From contig JAGIQG010000004.1 of NCBI GenBank assembly GCA_024679065.1, forward strand, positions 47,802,001-47,866,000: 64,000 nt of DNA. Direction: 5' to 3'. The position numbers and the translations under genes are program-made. The notes under the pieces are model-generated. The model did no database searches. It saw only the letters and a list, made by a program, of their open reading frames with translations, and was not told the origin of the DNA. Source of the stretch: Sphyrna mokarran. Its lineage: Eukaryota. Every line of letters begins with the position of its first letter. The first letter of the stretch is position 1. This document shows positions 53,557-64,000 of this stretch, piece after piece.

Positions 53557-54319
53557 TCAGACACATGTAGTTTTTATACAAATTCCTTTGTAAATTCATC
53601 CAGTTTTAGGATAGGCCAGTTAAAGGTAGCATTTGAGGGACACTGTGCTGGTCTTACTGGAGCAGTATTGTGAAAATCTAAAGAGTACAAGTTAAAATCC
53701 TACCAGAAGGGTAAATTAAATGAAGAAAAATCTGCAAATCAAACACTGAAAAGTGACCATTTAGTGGTCAGTTTATCCTAAAAACCCAAGTACTTCAAAA
53801 TGTCCTTTATGCAGAGAACAAAAACAGAAACTGCTGGAAAATCTCAGAAGGTCTGACAGCATTTGTGGGTAGAGAATAGAGCCAACATTTCGAGTCTAGA
53901 TCCTACTCCATCAGAGGAAGACTGTGAGACTCAACAAGTCCACAAACTCACTTAATAAAGAAAAGCCGTGTCAGCTTCACCAATAGGCTTCAATTGTATT
54001 AACAATAAGGATGTCACATGATGACTCCAATGCAATTTACATATTCAGTTCAAATCATTGTCTCAGACGAAAGTATATTCTCTTTCAATATAGTTTTTTA
54101 ATAAATATTGGAAGCACTCTAACCTAAGATTGGATAGGATACAAAATTTTGGTGGAAGTGAAATGTCTTCATATACTTTGATTTCAGGGTCTATGAGGTG
54201 TTCGTGACAATGTACGAAAAGTTTTGTCCAAATCACTGTTAAGCATAAAAGTTTAAGGTCCAATTAAAGCTGCAATAATTCATCAAAAAGAGGATGAACT
54301 ATAAACAAGTCATGAAATT

Positions 54320-55090
54320 TCTCACAATGTGAACATGGAAAATATTTAAAGGGATATTTCAGAAAACGTAAAATAGACACATTCCAATGAGAAAAAAAGT
54401 CCTGGGGAATGGCCCATCATCTGTGTTTCACTAGAAAAGTTAAAGACAGTGTTTAATTTAAAGAAAAAGCATATATTTGCACAAAAACAAGTGAGCGGTC
54501 AGAAGATTGGAAACGATACAAAGAACATCAAAGAATGACAAAAAGATTGATAAGGAAGGAAAAGCTAGTGTATGAGATAAAGCAGGCTAATACACTTTTA
54601 ACATTGACCAGTGAATATAAAGGTGGACACATTCTATAGATAATTAAAAATGAAAAGAGTAAGCAAAATGAGTATTGCTCCTATAGAAAGCGTGTCCAGG
54701 GAATTGATAATGGAAAATAGGTCTATAGTGGAAGAATCTGTCTTCACAGGAAACACGTAACATCCCAGAAATAATTGTAAATTAGGAAATGGAAGGGAAG
54801 GAGGAATTCAGGAAAATTACAATCACCAGGGAAGTGATACTGAGCAAATTCATGTAGCTGCAGGCTGAAAAATCCCACTATCCGGATGGACTTCATCCTA
54901 AGATCTTGAAAAAGATGACTAACGAAAGGCAAAAGGCAGCAGAAGTAGAATCTTTGAATATTTTTAAGACAGAGCTAGATAGATTCCTGATTAACAAGTG
55001 GGTGAAAAGCTTACTGGGGATTGGCAGGAATGTATGGTTGAGATTATAATTAGATCAACCTGATCTTATTGAATGTCAGACCAGGCTCGA
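54320..55090 (+). mobile_element. Degraded CR1 with internal deletions
   Basis: Linker and PDGLHPKILK motifs, then IFKTELDRFLINK near the 3' end. Confidence 0.7.
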
Positions 55091-55092
55091 GG

Positions 55093-55385
55093 GCCAAGTG
55101 GTTAACACTGCTGCCTCACAGGGCCAGGGACTCAGGTTTGATTCCCGGTTTGGACCACTGTCTGTGCGGAGTTCCTACGTTCTCCCTTATCTGCGTGGGT
55201 TTCCTCTGGGTGCTCCAGTTTCCTCTCACAGCCAGAAAGACATGCTGGTTAGGTACATTAGCCATACTAAATTCTCCCTCAGTGTATCCAAACAGGCACC
55301 AGAGTGTGACGACAAGGGACTTTTCACAGTAACTTCATTGTAGTGTTAATGTAAACCAATTTGTGACTCTAATAAATAAACTTTA
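55093..55385 (+). mobile_element. V-SINE with a Rex1-like 3' tail
   Basis: tRNA head AGTGGTTAACACTGCTGCCTCACAG...GGTTTGATTCCCGG, V-core, tail cttttcacagta...tgtgactctaataaataaac. Confidence 0.75.
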
Positions 55386-55714
55386 AGTGAACTACTCCTG
55401 CTGCTAATTCCTGTGAAAAGATTAAGCATTTCTCACAGAATCATAGCCAACTCATAAAAGGAAATGCCACAAGACTCTTGGTGATCACAGTTCCTGACAA
55501 AGCAGATGGTTCCACAGAACCTAAAGAAATTTTCAAATCCATGACAGTTCAATGGAGCAACAAATTCCTGAGTCATAGTGCCAACCCTCAATAACAATAA
55601 AAATACTCCTCTTATTAAGTGCATCTCTGACGAACATAGTTTAAAATGTTCTGAATGAGTAGAAAATGCAATTGTTGCTATTTTCTCCAAGTTAAGAGTT
55701 ACAGGAAACAAAAC

Positions 55715-56470
55715 GGGCGTAATTCTCTCAGCCCACTGCCCTGATTTTATAGCTCCACCGGCCTGGAGACTCAAGTGGAGGCAATTTAGCAGGCTTTCCG
55801 CTGGGTGCCAAGACCTCTGCAAGTCTCCATGTGCTGGATTTCTGATGCTATCAGCACCATGCAAGAAATCACCCCTTCCCAACCCCCCACTAGGAGTGTT
55901 TCACTCCAGTGGGGTTAACCACAGCTTTTCATTTGCAAGGACCTGGTATCCCGACCCTGCTGGGGTGAAGAGGAGTCATCAAGGCCCCCAGGAGGTCAGG
56001 GAAAAGGGAGAGTCAAAGTGGCAATGCCCAGGAGGCACCTTGGCAATGCTCACCAGGCATCAGGCAGTACAAAGGGGACAGAGCCTAATGGGACAGGGCT
56101 AATAGGGGGCGGGACCTCTAGGGGATCCCATTGCCATTTTGAAGACTGGCCGCATGACACAAGGAGGGAAGCCATCGGGTTGGGATTTGACTTATGGGGG
56201 GAATGTGGGAGGCATCAGGACAACTCTGGGGGGAGGAGACTAAGGGGAGTCAAGGCTGGCCCATGCATGTCCGGAAGTAATGGGGCTGGCCAGCCTCTCC
56301 AGTGGGAATAGGTCCCGCCTCTGGATTTTTCGTGTGATTCATGCTGAGGCACACTGCAGTACACAGAGTGTGGGAGATTCATTTTGAAACTTCCACCTAA
56401 AAACTAGTGGATTTATTCCAGTTTTTACATGAATTCAACACTTACAATTTTTTTTGGGAGAATCACCGCC
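55715..56470. mobile_element. Harbinger-type MITE, family H1
   Basis: TIRs GGGCGTAATTCTC / GGGAGAATCACCGCC, TSD AAC; 3' region matches 48560-48708. Confidence 0.75.
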
Positions 56471-56978
56471 AACACATCTCATAGGCAATTGAAAAATGGA
56501 AACAGAAATAGAAATTGAAATATTTTGTCAATGAAAACATAAATTTTTCCTCTTCTATTTTGTTATAGAGGCCTTGTATTGGATCAATGCTTCATGGTTT
56601 AAAGCTAAGCACTAAATATTTGAGCAGCAATCATATGAACAACTTTCTGAAGTGGGAGCAGTTTGCCAGGATTATTAAGCCATTATTTTCCGACATAAAT
56701 TGCAGTAATTCATAGGCATTCTCATTGTACAGCAAAGTCACATGATCGCGGGCATTATTTCACAACAGCAATGCACTCAGAGAATAACATTAGCAGTAAC
56801 CAGCACAATTGAGAGGAATTAAGTAGACTGTGTCATCGTACTGATTATTGTTCATAACCAGGAGCTGGAAAAATCCAAATACAACCAGCTGAAAATACAA
56901 GGATGTCTGACTTGGAAAATTGTAGCGAGTAGAGACAGATGGAAAAAGTTATAGGAACTTTCACCAGAATGACTACTA

Positions 56979-57092
<114 letters not shown>

Positions 57093-58399
57093 TTACAACA
57101 GCTTATTTTTGCTCTTACTGGATTGTTTCATTATCCTGTTCACATTTCCACATGCTTATCTTAGTATTATTTTCCTTACAGCCCCACTATCTTTGCTCTT
57201 AATGACAAAGGTTGTGAATTACTCCATGGTAAATGTTAATGCAACTCTATGACTCGTTCCTCGGTTCCGTGTGTGCATGAGAGAGCCTGGTCCAGAGTAC
57301 TGTATTCAACATTAGATAAAGAGCACAAATACTAATCTATCTCCACATTCCTTCTGAGAACCATGCCCCATTAATGAGAGGGAAGTCAATCTCCAGCTTA
57401 AGTGTGTTGAAATATTGAAAAGCTGGATGGAAACGCTTGAGGGAGCACAAGCTAAATCTAAAGACAGCAAAGCACAATTTATATCAGCAGCTTTGGTGCT
57501 TATTTATGGAGATATTCTGGAGTTTGCCTCAATTTGCAAGAATACAGAGCACCTGCAATGATCTCAACGTCAATTTGGCAATGGTAGTGAAATACTGTGT
57601 GCTCATCATTAGTGCTCTTCAATATAGCAATGAAGGCTGGAAGGCAGGAGGAAGTCTCCTCCTGCTCAAGGTCAAAAGAAAGTCACAAATCAACCGCAAT
57701 AAGTTCGAGTTCCAGCATCCCATAATGCAAGCTCTTAAAAGCACAGATGTAAATGGTAATTTCTCTCAATTTGCTGATTGTTTGACTTTTGAAACTGCAA
57801 CAATTCTCCATCAGCCTTTTAGCTGTTAAAATAACCAGCCAGGTGGATAGAGAATGCACATGTTATAATGTAATATATATATTTCAATGTGGTTAAAACA
57901 ACCGTTCCTGCTTTCAATGGGAGCTGTATCCATTAACTGACTCACTGGGACGCTGTTAATTAAAGTGCTTTTCAATTTTAGTAGCAGTTCATGATGCATG
58001 TAGCTGTACTGGCCTCCCATTGCCTCCAAATTTAAGATTACCTTTGTAATTGATTTTTGGAATATGGAATTGATTTTATAGAGTCACTGGAATAATAAGA
58101 GTTCTAAATTATAAAATAGAGATTGTGCCTTAGGGGAAGAAAGTATTATTTCTACATGGGCGCAGGTGGAAAGAATGAATCAGCTGACACTTCAATCTCC
58201 TTTTGGCTTACCAGTGCTTCAAGTGACAAACAAGTATCTCCATGTAATGCATGACTTGGATTTACTAACCCATGAAATCACAGCTAACATCAGTCTATTT
58301 TTATTCATTCATGGTCTACAGGTAGGAGCTCTTTTGACGCAGTAGGTAGTGCCACTACTCCTAAGCTCTGGTTTCAAACCCCACTTCTGGGCTTGATGG

Positions 58400-59008
58400 C
58401 TTTTATTTGATTTAATATTAGTCACATATACGATCATACAATGAAAAGTGTTGCTTCTTGTGCGCTATGCCGACAAAGCATATCGTTCATAGAGAAGGAA
58501 ACGAGACAGTGCAGAATGTAGTGTTACAGTCATAGCTAGGGTATAGAGAAAGATCAATTTAATGCAAGATAGGCCCATTCAAATGTCTGATGGCAGCAGG
58601 GAAGAAACTGTTCTTGAGTCAGTTGGCATATGATCTCGGACTTTTGTATCTTTTTTCTGATGGAAGAAGGTGGAAGAGAGAATATCTGGGCTGCGTGGGG
58701 TCCTTATTTATGCTGGCTGCTTTGCCGAGGCAGTGGGAAGTGTAGAGAGAGTCAATGGATGGGAGGCTATTTTGCATGATGGATTGGGCTACATTCACAA
58801 ATTTTTGTAATTTCTTGTGGTCTTGGGCAGTGGAAAAATCATACCAAGGTGTGTTACAACCAGAAAGGATGCTTTCTATGGTGCATCTGTAAAAGTTGAT
58901 GAGAGTCGTAGCTGACATGCAAATTTCCTTAGTCTTCTAAGAAAGTAGAGGCATTGATAGGCTTCCTTAACTATAGTGTTGGCATGGGGAGACCAGAATA
59001 GGTTGTTG
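58400..59008 (-). mobile_element. Rex1/Babar-like LINE 3' fragment inserted in a tRNA-SINE
   Basis: ORF 58619..58918 MSATTLINFYRCTIESILSGC, near-identical to ORF 37306..37575. Confidence 0.88.
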
Positions 59009-59991
59009 ACTATCGAAGATAAGTTGGTAATGTTGATCATTACCAACAGATCAATTATGAGTCTGCAAATCCTTCTGATGCATCTGACAAAGGTGAGAGT
59101 GGGAGAATTTCCTGATCAGCCATGCTAAGGAAGGCAATGGGAAAGCAATATTGCCAATCCAATGCAAGTCCATGGTAGCCAATCTTACCTGAAGGAGGAG
59201 AAGGAGGGCTTTGAGCATTGCAAACCCAACATTTATTGCTTATTGGCATTGAGAAGGTGTTGATGAGAGCCTTCATGACAACTGAATGGTTTGCTAAGCC
59301 ATTTCAGTGGGTCTGGAGTCACATAGGCCAGACTGGGTAAGGACGGCAGGTCCTTACCTCAAGCACAATGAACCTGATAGATTTTCAAAACAATCCAGTA
59401 GCTGCATAGACTTCATTACTGAGACTAGATGGCTATTATTTGGTTAACTGTATTTAGATTCCCTGGTTGCCATTCAAGTAGGAGAATATGATGTTTACAC
59501 ACAACTATCAGAGATAGGAAAGTTTGCTCTGCTTTATAATATTACACTTCAGTCTACAGATAAATCTCAAGGAAGATTTGGTGTGAGGCAGATTTCAATA
59601 CAACTGAATTCAGACAATTAGCATGTCTCATAACTGAGTAGCTTCTGAAACCAAAAAAAGCTTTGTTCCAAACAAGTGAGCATTGAGCAGTCAGGGCCAA
59701 ATACTTGATTATTAAAGATAAAATCAAAAAGCAGGCATCAAAATCCAATTTGCATCAAGACTCTTATTCTAATGAAGGGTCCCACCTCAGACCCTAGTTT
59801 ATCACATATTTTAATCAGCCTGCTGTGTGTGTTTGTAGTAATCTGATTTCTGAATATAACGTGTTAATTCAAAAGCACAAACCCTTATATCTCATTGTGA
59901 CACATCCGGAAAATGTATCAGATGAAAACAGTTTGGACCTTTTATGTGGTACACAGCTTATTTTCCTTGTTCAGGACAGTGGTACTCCATG

Positions 59992-60323
59992 TGGGCGGCA
60001 CAGTGGCATAAGCAGCACGGTGGCACAGTGGTTAGCACTGCTGTCTCACAGCGCCAGGGATCCAAGTTCAATATTCGGCTTGAGTCACTAACTATGTGGA
60101 GTTTGCACATTCCCCTTGTGTCTGCGTGGATTTTCTCTGGGCGCTCCGATTTCCTCCCACAGTCCAAAGATTAGGTGGATTGGTTATGCTAAATTGCCCC
60201 TTAGCGTCAGGGGACTAGCAAGAGTGAATGCATGGGACTAGGGGGATGGGCCATGGGTGGGATTGTGGTTGGTGCAGACTCAATAGACCTAATGGCCATC
60301 CTTCTGCACTGTAGGATTCTATG
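59992..60323 (+). mobile_element. Full-length HE1-like V-SINE with CR1-type tail
   Basis: Partly duplicated tRNA head, V-core, tail CTTCTGCACTGTAGGATTCTATG. Confidence 0.88.
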
Positions 60324-60454
60324 TGAAGGCAGAAATGCTTGGACATAAGTGAGGGGCCAGCAAATAAAAAATAGCACGCGTGCACAGCTTTAAAAGAGAA
60401 AGTAGTTCCAAGGTGATTACACAGTGATGTAATCAAAAAGCAGAAAAAGATATT

Positions 60455-60579
60455 GGCTGGAATTTTACCAGCCTGTCTGTCACGGGAATTGGAGTGGGCG
60501 AGGGGCGGACAATAGAAAAGTTGTTGATCTCGAGCGGATTTTATGGTTTCGGGAGAAGCAAAGCCATAAAATTCTGTCC
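60455..60579. mobile_element. Short Harbinger-type MITE
   Basis: TIRs GGCTGGAATTTTA / TAAAATTCTGTCC, TSD ATT. Confidence 0.7.
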
Positions 60580-60960
60580 ATTATGAGAGAGATGACTAAA
60601 AGAGATGGATTTTAAGGAGTATGTTAAAGAAAGAAAGAGAGATGAAGAGATTTAGGGGACAAATTCCAGATGACATAAGGCACAGGAGCAAATTATGCAA
60701 TAATGTGGGTTGCACAGGAGGAACAGAGAGTGAGTGAGTTGTAGGATTTAAGAAGATTACAAAGGTACAGAAAGGCAAAATAAAAAATTTAGTTTGGAGC
60801 TGATGTGGGAGCAGGAGTTAATGTCCTGTAATTCAAGGACAGGAGTGATTAATGAAAGGAAATCTGTAGCAAGGGCAGAATACAGAAAGTCGAAATTTGA
60901 ATGAATTGAACCTCACTGATGCCAGCGAAGAGCCCTGGAACAGTCATAGCTGGAGATGAT

Positions 60961-62283
60961 GGCTGGAATTCTCCCAAAAAAAATTCGAAGTGTTGAATTT
61001 GTGTGAACACTGGCAACATTCACGTTTTCTTCATGTGAGTTCAGAATAGAATCTCCCACACTCTATGCACTAGAAAGGCTGTCAGTGTGAATATCATTAA
61101 AAACTAAGGGGCAGGGCCTATTCCTGAGCTGAATGGACTACCAGTGCTGAGATTGGCACATGTGCAGTGGCCCTGCACTGCCAGCTCCTGACTATAGGCC
61201 ATGCCTGCGATCCCACATCGTCGGCTGTGTGACTTCCCCCACCTCCAATGGCCTGACTGCTGGCCCCCACCTGACCATTGTAAGAATTCTCACAACAACA
61301 GATTAAAGTCCAACAGGTTTATTTGATAGTAAATGCCACTAGCATTTGGAACGCTGCTCCTTCATCAGGTTAGTGGAGAACTCTCCACTCTTGACGAAGG
61401 AACACCATTCCGGAAGCTAGTAGTGTTTACTACCAAGTAAACCTGTTGGACTTTAACCTGATGTTGTGAGATTTCCTACTGTGTTTACTCCAGTCCAATG
61501 TCGGCATCTCCACATCATGACTATCCCTGACTATTTCAAGGCCCACCCCCTCCGACATCCCCCCTCCCAACCCGCCCCGATCTCAGCTCTTTCAATACCT
61601 AAACCCTCCCCAATCCCCAACCTCCCCAGCTACCCCTCCCCCCACCCCGCGGTAATTCCGACCCTCCCAGCAGGTTGACTACAAAACTCCAGCACGCCTG
61701 ATCGTTGGCCTCCCTCCTTCCCCTACCGATTCTTATGTAGAATGGCAGCAGAACCTGCTCCCCCATTTCCACTGATTACCTCCTAGGCCTTGACCTTTAA
61801 CAAGCCCACCCTATATGCCCCGCCACCTAGCACTGCCCTGTGCCCGATGGGCAGTGCCTAGATTCCCCTATGCATGGGCATTTTGCCCTTTGGACAGTGC
61901 CAAGGAGCACAGGAACCCCTGACCCGTTGGGGTGCCCTGATTGCGCCCCCTTCACTCCAGCGGGATCAGGCATTACCTCCTCACTGGTAGAGAGCTAATA
62001 TAAACCCCACCGGAGTGAACCATTCTGTTGGGGAAATGGGGCGGGGGAGAGATGCTTGCGAGCCTGGAGACTTCAATCTCAGAGTCCATTAATTGTATTT
62101 AAATCACATTCAAATGATCATTTAAATGGCCTTTGTGCCTTTTTTTGACACCACCAGAAATCCAGTGGTGGGAGACGGTAGTGGGTGCGAATGCACATGT
62201 GAACCCCATGAACTGACCAACGTGACAATCTCCCAGCCCGCCGCACTAAAAAATTAGAGCAGTGAGATGGGAGAATCACAGCT
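60961..62283. mobile_element. Harbinger-type MITE, family H1 (reverse orientation), with a nested mini-PLE
   Basis: TIRs GGCTGGAATTCTCCC / GGGAGAATCACAGCT, TSD GAT; the start is the reverse complement of the ends of the other two H1 copies. Confidence 0.75.
61280..61519. mobile_element. Miniature palindromic PLE family-2 element
   Basis: Inverted arms with hammerhead-like cores (minus: CTGATGAAGGAGCAGCGTTCCAAATGCTAGTGG) and the same one-sided tail as 52793-53028. Confidence 0.88.
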
Positions 62284-62757
62284 GATGTGTGGGGCTAATG
62301 TAGAAGTGGAAAATGTTGCAGGGGCAGGAAGAGGCCGATTTTGTACTGGAGTGCAGAGAGTCAGTTAAGAACAGTCCTGCTGAGCTGGAGGGAATAGATT
62401 GGAAAGGGGATGAAATTACTGATTAGAATTGAAATTTCTGTGGGGCTAAAAATTAAGACTTTGGTTTTCACATTAACAGGTGAAGGAAATTGTGGCTCAT
62501 CCAAGTTGAACAAACAGTCTGGCCCCAACAAAGCTTTGTGTGGTCAATGGACATCAGAAAGCTGACCCTTAGTGATGTCGCTAATGATAGCATGATTTGA
62601 GGAGGAGGAGGATTAGAGTCACCAAAGTTGGATCCATGGGGAACTCCTGAAGTAGGACTCCTGTGAGATAGGACAAGAAACCATTACTGGGTAACTTCCA
62701 GCTACAATTGAGCGGATAGAAGAGCAACAAGGTAAAGGCATTCTGAATGAGCCAGGT

Positions 62758-63604
62758 CAGGCTTTTTCAAAGTGGGGTTTGCAATCTATGGGTGGATCGC
62801 AGGCAAGTATTAAAAAGGTCGTAATATTCCCCAAAGATCACCTTATTTAGGTGCCAAGAACTGCACACACTACAGTTGCAGCCAAATACCTCTCCCTTGG
62901 CACCTCCAACTGTAAGAGGCAACAGTGAACAGGTCAGCATGTTCTGCATGTACATTACTTAGGAACTGCACACACTACAAATGCAGCCAAATATCTCTGC
63001 CTTAATTTATACTCCTTTGCAATCTCCAAGAGGCAACAGTGAGTAGGTTAGCATGCCCTGCATGATTCTTTGGCACCAAGCTTCCTGTATGTATATGCTT
63101 CTGGCAGGAATTCACTTCAACGCGAGCTTCTTCTATTTGCAATCAAGGCAACAGGACAGTCAACAGGGACCATTTTTTTATAAGAGATGGCCAGACACTA
63201 ATAAACAGTGTACCCACTAACCAGGATTTCACATTGGAACCTGCTGGAGAGTGCTGCTCCAGAGAGTCCACAACAGGATACAGCAATGTTTGCTCTAGTA
63301 AGAAATCTCACAACACCAGATTTACGTCCAACCAGTTTATTTGATAGTAATCCCACTAGCTTTCAGAAACGGTGTTCCTTTGTCAGATGTGTGGAAGGTA
63401 TGCTGGCATCTCTACATCATGACTGTTTGCTCAATACAGAACACCAGGCTCTCCAGTGAACAGCCTACAAAGAAAAAACTAAAATCGGGAACAAATCAGC
63501 ATAAAAATGAGTTCTTAAGGTATGGTTTTGTTAATATTGCCAACACAAATCAGGATGCAAAACCCATGTGCATTATATGTGGGGAAATACTGGCGAATGA
63601 GTGA
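62758..63604 (+). mobile_element. hAT (Charlie/Buster-like) DNA transposon 5' part
   Basis: TIR-like CAGGCTTTTTCAAAGTGGGG; peptide NEFLRYGFVN...KPMCIICGEILANE resembles the zinc-finger N-terminus of Buster/ZBED5-type transposases. Confidence 0.78.
63297..63423. mobile_element. Mini PLE family-2 element with most of the right arm deleted
   Basis: Left arm plus tail ATGCTGGCATCTCTACATCATG; 9-bp TSD TGTTTGCTC (63287-63295 / 63424-63432). Confidence 0.82.
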
Positions 63605-64000
63605 ATGTGGTATAGGTTCCAAAGCTCGGTCCATGTGGAAAAGTGGGTCCCAGGAAAAATACTTTGAAAACAAAGCTGCAAGAGAACAGCAAGTGAGTCT
63701 TAGGGTAATGAATTTAGGGAGGACATGAGAAGAAATGAGAGAAAGTAGAAAGGGATATTAATTCAGGGTTAGAGCCGTGGGGTGGGGTAGGGAGTGATGC
63801 CTCTGTAAATAAGGGGGAAGCAGCAATTCATGAGCTCCTCACATCTGTTAGATTTGAGGATGGATGGGGTCTGAGGAGAGGAGATTTAGAGGTCCTCATA
63901 TCAATTTGTTTTGTTATAATTTTATCCTGCAGCATAATCGTCATGTATTAAAATCCTAAATCACCAAGGATACCCTTTGACTGCTAAGTTAATTTATTAC

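Noticed and set aside
59992-60075. tRNA gene
   Set aside because: The A/B-box-like head continues into a SINE core and tail, so it is a SINE head and not a tRNA gene.

Overview
Vertebrate, almost certainly elasmobranch (shark), intronic DNA. The only host gene I can support is copine-2 (CPNE2) on the minus strand, with three internal vWA-domain exons (57032-56981, 53480-53347, 21946-21710) that have GT/AG boundaries and compatible phases. I did not find the upstream exons or the terminal exon, so they are probably outside the window. Most of the rest is transposable-element sequence: CR1/HER1, L2, Rex1/Babar-like and RTE LINEs, HE1-like V-SINEs and other tRNA-SINEs, Penelope-like elements (PLEs), a deleted Gypsy element, a two-gene Harbinger fossil with Harbinger-type MITEs, and a hAT fragment. 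The most notable structures are: (i) two families of PLE-derived fold-back elements with minimal hammerhead-ribozyme motifs, including a 1.08-kb copy with 442-bp inverted arms around a GIY-YIG segment; (ii) a six-level nested insertion at 33.5-39.1 kb with most junctions traceable; (iii) a composite CR1-unique-SINE insert with a CTAGTT duplication. All calls were made by eye with no database search. Repeat family names are best guesses, and repeat boundaries are approximate except where a target-site duplication (TSD) is given.
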